Positions 1 to 13,000 of a DNA stretch of 64,000 bases are shown piece by piece; position 1 is the first letter of the stretch, and each line of letters begins with the position of its first letter. Location: NCBI GenBank assembly GCA_002269645.1, contig NIVC01003489.1:31273-95272 (forward strand), read 5' to 3'. This stretch comes from Macrostomum lignano. Lineage: Eukaryota. The position numbers and the translations under genes are program-made. The notes below the pieces were generated by a model. The model was given only the letters and a program-made list of their open reading frames with translations, ran no database searches and was not told the DNA's origin.

Positions 1-1163
1 ATGTGGAGTGGGCCTTCGATTTTTTATTGGTAATTTTTTCAAACCTTTGCGCCGTTGGTGTTCAGTAAGCCAAAGCTAATATATCAATTTTTGTCAAACA
101 GTTCATTAAGAATTCAATTCTGCTGTAACGTTTTTTTCTTATTTTGCTAATCTGAATAATGCATTTAATACGCATTCTACTCGTACAGCCTTGACACTCT
201 GCCTCGGAGTTTACCCGTAAATGGAACTCAGATTACCAGGGTCCACGGAGACGGCAACTGCTGGTTTCATGCCATCTCTGACCAGCTGATTGGCACACCA
301 ATCTATATGGACCACCAGCAGCTCCGGCGCACCATCGCTGCCAATGCCAGACCGCTTCTGGCATTGTATTCGTAAATTGTAAATTGTATCCGTAGCATGA
401 CAATGCATCCGACATGTCTCTCTCCTTTTTTCGCTCATCCCAATCAGAGTCGAGAACTCATCGAGTTCGGCGGCGCCGCCATATGCAGAACTTTCTTTTG
501 AGAGTTTGGAGCAGCCTACCCATGGGCTCAGTGCAGAATCCTCTGTTCCGCCTTGAGATTTTTCTGACTGTGACCCTTGGTGAGTATATTGATTTTGAAA
601 AAATAAACACAGTCTGCAACTTTACTTTCCATTATATATTTAAGAACTGTATTGTCACTGACAAGGGACAATTTTTCCACCCTCTTAACTGCACCCAGCG
701 GCAAATGGGCTCATTCGACACCGCGGCGTGCCGCTGCTGCAGGGAACTCGGAGTTGCCAGCGGCCAGTGTGGCGTCAGATTTTCCAGAATTTTCGGATGA
801 TGATGCTGCATGGTATGCTTGAATTGTACAACATTTCAAACCCTATCGTTGATCGATTTTGTCTTTTTAGTTTTTAAAAATATTTGAATTTTTATCTGTA
901 GCTGAAACGAGTGTCTTATTATTCGTCCTCCAAAGAGCCGATGCCTCAGCCATGCCGGAACCGCAGGCTCATCAGCTCGGCCTCATGAGCAAGCCATGCC
1001 AGCACTGCCACGCCTTGCTCTGGAAGGGGGAGCCGCCAGGAATCTGCTGTGCAGCTGGCAAGGTGAAGCTGCCTCCCAAATCAGTGCCGCAGGTCCTGAT
1101 GGATTTGTTCCTTGGTCGCCACCCTGAGAGCCCTGATTTCTTGGCCAATATCAGGAGCTTTAA

Positions 1164-2113
<950 letters not shown>

Positions 2114-2127
2114 AAGCCGAGATTGCT

Positions 2128-4008
2128 GAGACGCGAGTGGCCCAGCTGACCGAAGAGCAGCGAGCTGTGTATGACGCAATCATTGCCGATCTGACTGCTA
2201 ACTCTGGTGGCCTGCATTTCTTAGACGCACCGGCGGGAACAGGCAAGACTTTTCTCCTGGAGGTGCTGCTGGCTTCTGTGCGGAGCCGCGGCGAAACCGC
2301 TCTAGCAGTCGCTTCATCCGGCATTGTGGCCACCCTGTTGCCTGGCGGACAGACTGCGCATTCAACGTGAGTGCCAAGCAGTTTAATCATTGATATAGCA
2401 AGTTTCGGTTATACATTTTTATTACTACTGCAGTTGTAGGATAGTGCAATAACGCAAAAATACTAGAATATGTTTCCAGTGCACATACCAGCTAATATAT
2501 TATATAAAATATACTATATGACTCTAATATTACATTCGCAGTAAATATTTTTGTTTAAGATAACATAATTTTAACTGACAATTTCAGCGTTATGCAAGGT
2601 AATTTATTCATATCACATATTTATCTGCAGGTCTAAGATTCCGGTTCGCCTCGTGCGGTCTGACAGAGACGTCTGCTCCATCGGTGCGCAGTCCCAGCAG
2701 GCGGCCATGTCCAGGAGCGCCCGGCTCATTGTCTGGGATGAAATATCCATGACCAACAGGAAAGATTTGGAGGCCGTGGACCGGACTTTGCGGGATGTCC
2801 GAAAACAGGATGCTCCGTTCGGAGCAATTGTGCTGGTGTGCGGAGGCGATTTCCGCCAGCTGCTTCCTGTTGTTCGAAATGGAACTCGGGCCAACAATGT
2901 CGAGGCGTGCGTGAGCAGATCCAGCCTGTGGAAATCGTTCCAGCGGCACCGTCTCACCAGAAATATCCGGCTGCTCAGCAGTTCAGATTCTGCTTTGTGC
3001 GAGCGCTACTCGCAGTTGCTGATGCAGGTGAGGGTATGAAATTATTTCTTACATGTAGCTAAAGAAAATTAGAGTTGCGCTTGATGTTTTAATGTAAAGC
3101 GGTCCAAATTTTAAATTTCTGGCTGAGCTGTAAGATTTTGCTATTCTACGCTTGTAAATTAGTGATTTTTGGAGACATTGGTAGTCGGTAATTTCAGCAA
3201 TGCTCTACTGCACATTCTAATGCCCTATCTTGTACTTTGTTATCTAAAACCTACAGATCGGTTCGGGCTCTATCGATGCGGACTCGGAGGGCAACGTTTC
3301 TCTTCCGGCAGAGATGATAATGCCTGCAGGTGCCACACTGAAGGACCTGATTTGAGGCGACGGATGAGAGAGACGCCTATTTTTCCAGCTGGGCGATCCT
3401 GGCGCCGTATAACGAGTCGGTTGACGCCATCAACCATGAATGTCTGGCCATGTTTCCTGGCAGTCTGTGCGAGTACCGCCGGCCGCTCTATTGACAGCGT
3501 GGCGGATGACGACGCAGCCACCCACTTCCCCCCGGAGCTGCTCAACCAACTGGAGGCACCGAAACTGCCAAAGCACCTGCTCAGGTTTAAAGTAGGCATG
3601 CTGGTGGTGCTGCTTCGAAACATCAACCCGCCCCGGCTGTGCAACGGAACGCGACTCATCGTCCAGGCCCTCGGGGACAACGTGCTGCGCTGTAAGGTGG
3701 CGGCTGGCCAGTTCGCTGGCGATGAAGTCCTGCTGCCTCGAATTCCGCTGCAGCCGAACAACGCGGACCTGCCGATCCGCTTCAAGCGACTGCAATTCCC
3801 GGTCAGGCCGAGCTTCTGCCTGACGGTGCACAAGTCTCAGGGCCAGTCGCTGGAGACCGTCGGCATCGATCTAGTCGAGGGCTGCTTTGCCCACGGGCAG
3901 CTGTACACCGCTTTGTCCCGAGCGAAGAATGCGGCGAATGTTCGTGTTCGGATTTCCGGTAGCAAAACACGAAACATTGTGTATGCAGAAGTTTTATCTG
4001 AAAACTAG
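2128..4008 (+). pseudogene. Helitron PIF1-family helicase, spliced (exons 2128-2366, 2631-3027, 3257-4008), frameshifted
   Basis: Motifs [76 protein letters not shown] introns 2367-2630 and 3028-3256 join in phase. Frameshifts near 3352 and 3480 within the last exon. Confidence 0.92.
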
Positions 4009-4365
4009 GATTACTCGCAAGCATCTGGAGCGCCTTTTGTTTTTCCGCCAGAGTTTTGAAACTCATGATATTGCTGCAAGCACCTAGCTATAGATGGGTG
4101 AATAGAAGAGTTTGTCTGAAGATGTCCATGAACTCACGAGTGACTGGAATGACTGGAAATGTAGAAATATGAACTAGAAATGCAAGTTAATTTTTTAGAC
4201 GTAAAAAATGACTAAATTCTAGCAGCCTCTAAAACCAGCTGATGAGCCGCTTAAAAACCGTCCTTTTAAGCAATATCCTCACATTTTGAAAACATGCAAA
4301 TAGGCCAAAAGCCAAATGCAGACCTGACGAAAAGGCTCTAAAAGTCCTGGTTGATAATCCGCTTA

Positions 4366-6500
4366 TCTATATATCTAAATCTAAGTTGTCTCTGTCTGTC
4401 TGTCTGTGTGTCTGTGCGATAGACAATAGAAAAAACGGCTCAACCGATTTCCACCAAACTTGCACCATTCGATCTGAAATTTTTCCGTGACGGTACATTG
4501 GTCGTGGCTAAGAAATTGCTCAATGCTAAAGGGATTAAATATTCGAAAAACTGTATTCTTCCCTATCTAATTAGTGTATTTTTCTTGCAGTGATAGCTCA
4601 ATACGTCTATGGCCATAGACTAAACTTCAATTCTTGAGCTGATGCTATGAGTTATAAATTTCTTCTTCGCGTAAATCATATCATATCAAATTGTGACAGG
4701 TCTAGGAATTGCCTAAATTTGACTTAAAACCGAATATATGAATTTCGCAATACTCAGCAATTGCTGTATCGATGCCTCAACGTGGTACAAGCTTTTTGAA
4801 GAAATCTCGCGATGCGAAAACAAGGCGACTTATAGAATCCGAGGCTGAAAGGGCGGCTCGACTCCAAACTGGGCGTCAGCGAGATGCTGACCGAAGAGCT
4901 ACGGAGACGCCAGCTGAAAGAGAGGCTCGACTGCAAGCTGGGCGCGAACGAATTTCAAGAAAAAGAGCCTATGACGATCATCGACAGCGTGAAGCTCGCT
5001 TGGAAGCTGACCAGCTAAGGATGCGTCGTATTTCTAGCACTAATGTCCATGAAGAAACACATACTTGCGTGTAAGCTTATTAATTTTGTCATGGATTCGA
5101 AATTAGGCTTTAATTTTTTTTTCTAATTTCCATCTTTGTCAAAACATTTGTCTTCAGTGATACGAGTTTTATTATTTTCTAATTTTCATCTCTATAAAAA
5201 TATTTATCTTCAGTGATACGAGTAGCAGTTTGTTGGCTTTACCGACAGTGCTGGAATTCAGCTCTTTGATGTTATTCAAAGTTCCAGGCGATGGGAACTG
5301 CTTTTACCATGCTGTGTGTGACCAACTGCGTGGTACTGCGTTGGGCGCATACACTGCTACAACGTTACGTCATGAGATGACGTACCGCGCTGAGAAGCCC
5401 TTGCGTGAATGGGAGGCCAGTAGGCGGATTGAGCATGGTACAGCATCTTCTATTCTAAAGACATCAGCCGTTTTGAATATTGATGTTCCGGATGAAATTG
5501 TTGCCCTATTTAGTCAGTGCTTTAATGTAAATTTGGTTATCTATCAGGAATACGGCAGTGTGCTGCAGATGTATGAGACGCCTACGCAAGCTCCTGTGGC
5601 GACTGTGCGGCTGATGCTGCACAATGGGCATTATCAGTCACTTCGTTTTGCATCTCCTGTCACTGAGTCTGCAATTCAAGTTCCCGCTGCTTCTGATCAG
5701 TCTTCTCCTGATGCCGCCGTTCCTGGTGCAGCAATATCATCAGCTGGTGTAGCTGGTACGGTTGCACCGATCACCATGTATGTTTCAGTACATTTCTTTT
5801 ACATTTTTTTTCATTTTTAAGTGGCTCACTTTCTTACCTCATATATAGCTTTGAAGTTTTAATACAATTTAATAGGGCAACACAACCGCTAACTGCTCAC
5901 TCAGCCGGTCGCATGGCCTGGCCCTGTGACAAGTGTGGCGAACTGCGATGGAAGTTGGAGGCACCGGGAATCTGCTGTAACAACGGCAAGGTAAATATTA
6001 TGGTGCCCAGTGTTCCTGAAGAGCTACGGCAGCTTTACTCTGGGTTGCATCAAAAGAGCAACAGCTTCGTAAAAAACATCAGAAAATACAATGCGGCACT
6101 GCACATGACTTCAATCGGCGTGAAGGAGCGGCAGATGCCTCGAGGGTGCATTAGCTTAGTGATTCACGGCGAGATCCATCACAAAATAGGCAGTCTGTTA
6201 CCTGAAGAAAATAGTGCAGCCAAGTTCTGCCAAGTGTTTTTCTGCGACTCCGAGCTGGAGACCCGGCTGGAGATGATGCAAGGACTGGACCCACAGCTCC
6301 TGCAGATTTTGCAGTCCCTGCTGCATCGCGAAAATTCTTACGTCCGCAGCTTCAAGGCCGCCATCGATAGGCTAACGGAGGAGCCGGCCCTGCAGAACAC
6401 ATGTCTTGTCATTCGGGCAGACCGAAAATCCGTTAAAGAGCACTTGAGGTGAGCCCGCCCATGTTGTGCCATTACTATAGGATAGAAATACTACATAGCT
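4366..6500 (+). mobile_element. Helitron copy 2, 5' portion (3'-truncated before Rep)
   Basis: A|TC start (TCTATATATCTAAATC at 4366), (TCTG)n, AAAACGGCTCAACCGATTT block shared with copy 3, followed by STPR-like, OTU and Zn-finger exons. Confidence 0.9.
4772..6448 (+). CDS. Helitron RepHel N-terminal part: 23-aa STPR-like repeats + OTU-like cysteine protease + Zn finger (exons 4772-5070, 5214-5777, 5876-6448; ~478 aa, C-terminally incomplete)
   Basis: Both GT-AG introns are phase 2 and splice into one open frame. ESEAERAARL/ETPAEREARL repeats at 23-aa spacing; KVPGDGNCFYHAVCDQL...HNGHYQSL; PCDKC..W..E.PGICCNNGKV; IRKYNAALHMTS; HGEIHHKIGSLLP. Confidence 0.85.
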
Positions 6501-6504
6501 ACTA

Positions 6505-8720
6505 CCGCCTCTTGACCTGCCGATAGGCCGCCTCTAGAGGTGATAAAAAGCTGCCTTCAGAGCTGATAATAAGCAGCCTCCAGACTCGCCGATAAGCCGC
6601 CTCCAGACCTGCCGATAAGCCGCCTCGAGAGCTCTTAAAAAGCCGCCTCCAGACCTGCCAATGAGTCGCCTCCAAATCTTCCGATAAGCCACTTCCAGAG
6701 CTGATAAAAAGCCGCCTTCAGACCTGCCGATAAGCCGCCTCCAGAGCTGATAAAAAGCCGCCTCAAGACCTGCCAATGAGCCGCCTCCAAATCTGCCGAT
6801 AAGCCGCCTCAAGAGCTGATAATAAGCCGCCTTCAGAGCTGATAATAAGCCGCCTCTTGACCTGCCGATAAGCCGCCTCCAGAGCTGATAAAAAGCCGCC
6901 TCCAGACCTGCCAATGAGCCGCCTCCAGACCTGCCGATAAGCCGCCTCCAGAGCTGATAATAAGCCGCCTCCAGAGCTGATAATAAGCCGCCTCTTGACC
7001 TGCCGATAAGCCGCCTCCAGAGCTGATAAAAAGCCGCCTCCAGACCTGCCAATGAGCCGCCTCCAGACCTGCCGATAAGCCGCCTCCAGAGCTGATAATA
7101 AGCCGCCTCTTGACCTGCCGATAAGCCACCTCCAGAGCTGATAAAAAGCCGCCTTCAGAGCTGATAATAAGCCGCCTCTAGAGCTGATAATAAGCCGCCT
7201 CCAGAGCTGATAATAAGCCGCCTCCAGACCTGCCAATGAGCCGCCTCCAAATCTGCCGATAAGCCGCCTCCAGACCTGCCGATAAGCCGTCTCTAGAGCT
7301 GATAATAAGCCGCCTCTTGACCTGCCGATAAGCCACCTCCAGAGCTGATAAAAAGCCGCCTTCAGAGCTGATAATAAGCCGCCTCTAGAGCTGATAATAA
7401 GCCGCCTCCAGAGCTGATAATAAGCTGCCTCCAGACCTGCCAATGAGCCGCCTCCAAATCTGCCGATAAGCCGCCTCCAGAGCTGATAAAAATCCGTCTC
7501 CTGAGCTGATAATAAGCCGCCTCCAGACCTGCCAATGAGCTGCCTCCAAATCTGCCGATAAGCCGCCTCCAGACCTGCCGATAAACCGCCTCTAGAGCTG
7601 ATAAAAAGCCGCCTTCAGAGCTGATAAAAAGCCGCCTCCTGAGCTGATAATAAGCAGTCTCCAGACTTGCCGATAAGCCGCCTCCAGACCTGCCGATAAG
7701 CCGTCTCTAGAGCTGATAATAAGCCGCCTCTTGACCTGCCGATAAGCCACCTCCAGAGCTGATAAAAAGCCGCCTTCAGAGCTGATAATAAGCCGCCTCT
7801 AGAGCTGATAATAAGCCGCCTCCAGACCTGCCAATGAGCTGCCTCCAAATCTGCCGATAAGCCGCCTCCAGACCTGCCGATAAACCGCCTCTAGAGCTGA
7901 TAAAAAGCCGCCTTCAGAGCTGATAAAAAGCCGCCTCCTGAGCTGATAATAAGCAGTCTCCAGACTTGCCGATAAGCCGCCTCCAGACCTGCCGATAAGC
8001 CGCCTCTAGAGCTGATAAAAAGCCGCCTTCAGAGCTGATAAAAAGCCGCCTCCAGACCTGCCGATAAGCCGCCTTCAGAGCTGATGATAAATCGCTAATT
8101 TGACTAACTCGAATTAGGGAATTATTTCTGAAAGGCGTAATCATAGCACTTGAAAAGTGAGATAAGCTGCCTTATTACCTGCGGGCAAGCTTTCTAGACC
8201 TGCTGATTTGTAAGCGGGCTCTAGACTTGCTGAAAAGCAGCCTTCCGACTTTTGACATGCCTCCTTTAGCCCTTTGCTGATAAACTGCCTCCAGACCTGT
8301 TGATAAGCCGCACTTGAAAGACTGCTAAGTAAAGTGCGATAAGCCGCTGAAAGACTCGCAGATGAGCTGCCTCCAGCCCCTTATGATGAACCGCTTCTAC
8401 AGTAGATTTTTTTATAAGCCACTAATATTTACCTCTGATAAGACGCTCGGAACTTGTTGAAAAGCCGCTATTATACAATACGAGCGTACATACCAATAAG
8501 CCGCCTCGATTCCTGTTGGTAAGCCACTAAGAGACCCTTAATATACTCATAGATCTGCCGATAAGCCGCCTTTAGACCAGTTAATGGAACATTACCCCTT
8601 TAATTGACTGACTAGTTAATGAGCCTCTTAATGTAGGGTGCAAGTTGGTGAGTAGATGAGAAACCACTTGATGCGTTGCATAAGAAGACAGCCAATAAGC
8701 CGCCAGTGGACAAGTTGATA
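6505..8720. repeat. 23-bp-monomer satellite (variants ccagagctgataataagccgcct / ccagacctgccgataagccgcct), degenerate beyond ~8100
   Basis: The variant ctcttgacc recurs at 6854, 6992, 7107, 7314 and 7728; spacings 138, 115, 207 and 414 are all multiples of 23. Confidence 0.95.
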
Positions 8721-9127
8721 GCCCACTATCAACTTGGGCTAGAAAATTCTCTCGACTGCATTTTTTATGCGGCCGCGTCGCTTTGCAAACAGATTATGCG
8801 ATATTCCTGAGAATTTTTTAGTCATTCTGTCTTCGTTTTAATCAAAAATAAGAATTGTTTTGTGTCTGCTGCAGTTTTTTCTTTGCTTTTTGTGTTGAAG
8901 CGATAAGTTACGAGCGTATGTTTCATGTTTATTGATCAAACAAAAGCATAGATATTTAGGCCTCCTAAAGTCAGTTCAGACTTCAGATAGCGCATTTTAT
9001 CTACAAACATTGGCCCAGTTATTTTATCACGATTTGCAGTAGCGTTTTTCTTTATCGCCTGCACCATTTTATGGTACTTTATTTTCGTATGTTGGTGACT
9101 GCTTTGACAACTAAGCAGCAAGCATTA

Positions 9128-10930
9128 TCTATATTAAAAGTGCATTTTCCCTCTGAGACTAAAAGATTCGATATAAACTTTATGGCAGTGCATGTTAATA
9201 CCAAATAAGTAAGTAAAAATATTAGTAGAAAATGCTAAATGCCTAAAATACGAGTATTCACAAAAAAATCGATTAGAAACGGGTTCAAAATTCGAAGTGT
9301 ATATCATACTGAAAAAGCCAGAATTTATCTTATTCAAAATGTGTACAATCGTTATTAAAAAATCCAGGCTTTAGGGAAATGCCCCTCTTTCTCCCGTAGC
9401 CACCACAGAACTTACACAGAATGCTCAGTCGGCATTTGAGAGTAAATCTGGGTAGAAATAGATGCGCGCTCACACTACTTTTCCGATAAAAATATTTAGT
9501 AGCCATCGATAGACAATTTTTAATAGCTATAATACGAGTATGGCTATACGAGTATAGGTAACTGCATGCATCAATACTAAAAAACAACAAGGCAAGAAAG
9601 TCAGAATACGAGGAACTTACTATACCTTTTAGCTTGCTACTTGTGCCTTCTTGTGAGCTATTTGGGCAGCGTAAGCAGGTACTGTGTTCGGCAAACAATT
9701 TAGGCGCCTCTGCGTGCAAGTTTGGCAATTCAAAAGCATCGCATGAACTGAGAAGATCTAAGAAAAAAACAGTAAAAGAGAAAATTCTAACAATTGGAAA
9801 CAAGGAGTGACTAAGGACTGATGGAATGGCTGAATGAGGACTGATGAAGTGACTGAATGAGGACTGATTGAGTGACTGAATGAGTGAATGAGGACTGATG
9901 GAGTGACTGAATGGGAATGAGCACTGATGGAATGACTGAATGTGAATGAGGACTGGTGGAATGACTGAATGAGGACTGATGGAGTGACTGAATGTGAATG
10001 AGCACTGATGGAATGACTGAATGAGGCTGCATCACGTTCAGGTGAACCGTTGTGGACTTTTAAGCCTTCTGTCACTGCTTTATTTTTGACAACCACTATT
10101 GGCCAAACTTGCACGCAAAGGCGCCTAAATTGGTTACTAAATTAACTAGGTAAAAAATCTGTGGCACAGAGTACTTGCTTACGCTGCGCAAATAGCAGCA
10201 AGCAAGAAGGTATAGTGTAAATTCTGTGGTAGCAGAATCGCTCCCAAACGGCTTTTATTTGAATTGAGAATATAAAAAACACTAGAATACTTTTACTTTT
10301 TCTATCTCTAACATATGTAGAAATACATGTACGTGTACACATGATAGATAAATGAACTGAATGTAGTTAATAAGCACTGCCATATTCAGCATAAGAGTTA
10401 TGACATTTAAGCGTACAATTTTTGCGATAATATTCGCTTAACATATAATATTGCACTTTTCGAACAATCGGATTGCTTGCTGCTGCATCAGGGAAGGGCC
10501 TCCCTCTCGGTTATCAAAAAACCCTGATGAACAGAAGTCAAGTCAAAAGGAAGCAGACAACTGGCATTATCTGTTACAAGCGGCTAACTTGAAAAATTAT
10601 CTCAAACAGTTTTACTGCCACGTATAAACTTTACTGATGAAACTAAAAATTCTGCCAAAAAGCCATTCGATTGATTGTCTGCTTCTGAGTCACAACGAGA
10701 GGGAATTGAGTTCTTTTTAGGAAGCTATCAATGTCAAAAGGCCTAGCTTCCTTCACAAACCTTCTGAAGTACAATCGTTTATGAAAACTATAATACTCAC
10801 TAACTGAGAATACATAAGCTGTATATTTCCTATTGCCAATTATTAATAGGAGGCTGGTAACTGGGAAAAATTCGGAGTACATTATTTTTGTACTGTTGCC
10901 CCCCGAAGGAGGGGGGGGCTAAATGGCTAG
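9128..10930 (+). mobile_element. Putative non-autonomous Helitron (3' end well supported, 5' end tentative)
   Basis: 3' hairpin gcccccc(10898-10904)/ggggggc(10913-10919) then CTAG at 10927-10930. Candidate 5' end A|TCTATATTAAAAG at 9128. Confidence 0.55.
9613..10224. repeat. Foldback: ~120-bp imperfect inverted arms enclosing a gactgaatgag-type minisatellite (~9800-10030)
   Basis: aatttaggcgcctctgcgtgcaagtttggc (~9697-9726) is the near reverse complement of ggccaaacttgcacgcaaaggcgcctaaatt (~10101-10131); further matching blocks gcagcgtaagcaggtac and tataccttt. Confidence 0.8.
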
Positions 10931-10993
10931 TCTAAATATACTAAATCTCTAAAGTTTGTATGCTTGTTTGCTTACTTGTCCATAACAGATGTC

Positions 10994-11046
<53 letters not shown>

Positions 11047-13000
11047 GTGATGGATTTTTTTAAAAACGGCTCAACCGATTTTCACCTAATTTGCACCATT
11101 CGATCACAAATTTTCAGCAATCGGTATGGTTAAAATTATTAGTGTCTACGCCATTTCCAAGTACAGTTAAATTTCAAAAACTGTATTTTTACTATCTAAA
11201 TAGTGTATTTTTCTGGCAGTCAGAGCTCAAACTTCAATTTTATGTCTATGGACAATTTTTCTGCTTCTGCTGATACTCAAGTCCAGAGTAGGGAAGAGAG
11301 AGTGGTGAATAGAATTCTAACCAGCAGTCCTAACCAGAGGTCACATTGCTTAATCATCACTCTGTCTATCTATCGAAACTATCAAAACCATGGCCCGTCG
11401 TGGAGGTGCTAGCAATCTAAAAAGGAGCCGTGTAGCTAAGCAAAAACGTCAAAGCGAAGCGGAAGTCCAGCGCGAGGCCCGGTTGCAGGCTGGTCGCCAG
11501 CGCGAAGCTGAGCATCTGGCCAAGGAGTCTGCCGGGGACACTGAAGCCCGACGGATGCGTTGGAGAAACGTTTCAGAAAAGAGAAGGGCTTCTGAGACTG
11601 AGATTGAGCGACAAGCTCGATTGGACGCTGTCATGATGCGGTGTCGGCGTATTTCAGTTCGTGGGGAAGGAACAAACGGGTAAGTTAGTCTGCTTACAGT
11701 GGGTGTGTATCATTGAAGCTGGAGCTTTATGGAAGCTTAATTTTTTCCAACTGACAGATCTGAAACCGGACAGGTCAGGCGTCAGGCCTGAGCAACCACA
11801 GGAGGTACCATTTAGTTCCTTGCAAGTTAGTTAAAATGCCTGGCGATGGTAATTGCTTTTTTTATTCTGTCTGCCATCAGTTGCATGGCATTCCTCTTGC
11901 AGCAGAGTTTCCTAATGCTGCAGTTTTAAGAGAGGTGCTCTCCTCAAGTCTCGAGTCTTTGTGCCACTTTTAAGTCATTGCTCAAATGTTGATTTAGTAA
12001 TTTATAAGCATATAAACCAATTTCAAGCTGACGGTAGCTTAGTTACTCGCTACCCTGCCCCATGCAGCCTGCTTTGGCAGTTGTGAGAGTGCTTCATCAC
12101 AATTTGCATTATGATTCACTGATATGGCAGCAGGAATCTCAACAATTAGTTGTTTGTGAAGAGGAATTCCCAAGTCTGGATACCAGCAGAGCACATGCTG
12201 TTGCCACAGATGCTGGTGCATCTGCATCATCTGCTGAATCTCGGGTGAGTGGTGTCTCCAGGCCAAGGTGGAGTCGCGCTGCTCCAAATCCTGCTCCAAA
12301 TGGTGGAACGGCCAATCTAGCAACCGGTGGTCTCTTGGCTAGCTCTGCTGAGCGTGATAAAGGAAGCTCAAGTTATCGGCCTCAGTAAGTTGTGTTTTAG
12401 GCACTGCTGTACACCTTGCGATTGCATGCTCCTGTTTTGGAAAAATATATTGAAAAGGCCTGAACAGGCCTTCGGCAGTAGCTCACTGAGCCGGCCTCTG
12501 CTGCTGCAACGGAAAAGTTTGCATTGAGTCGCTCAGTGTTCCGGAGGAGCTCAGGCAATTTTACCAATGCGAACGTTTCCAACATCCAAGAAGCAGCGTG
12601 TTCCTGCTAAACATCAGGAAATACAACGCAGCGCTGCACATGACGTCCTTCGGAGTAAGGGAGCGGCAAATGCCTGGAGGCTGCCCCAGCGTGATCATCA
12701 ACGGCAAGCTGCATCATAGGATTGGCAGTCTGTTGCCTCAGAAAGATACTCCGGCCAAGTCCATGCAGATTTTCTTTTGCGACTCGGAGCTGGACACGCG
12801 AATGTCGATGGTACATGCAGGGACTAGACCGAGAGCTGCTGCAGCTACTGCAAGGCGTTCTGCATCGCGAAAACTCGTACGTGCGCACCTTTAAGGCAGT
12901 AATTGATGCTGTCAAGGAGAAGCCTGAGCTGCGGCAAGCGTCGATTGTATTTCACGCTGACAAAAAGACGAAGGAGGAGCATATAAAGTGAGTTTGTTAA
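10931..13000 (+). mobile_element. Helitron copy 3, degenerate 5' portion (STPR-like, OTU, Zn finger; no Rep recognised)
   Basis: TC start directly after CTAG; (TCTG)n and shared AAAACGGCTCAACCGATTT; 11390-11679 EREARLQAGRQR-type 23-aa repeats; VKMPGDGNCFFYSVCHQL at ~11830; HNLHYDSL at ~12100; LCCCNGKV..SVPEELRQ; IRKYNAALHMTS; donor at 12988; stops and frameshifts present. Confidence 0.9.

Noticed and set aside
6534-8144. Long minus-strand ORFs in the 23-bp satellite
   Set aside because: Translations of tandem repeat; no coding signature.
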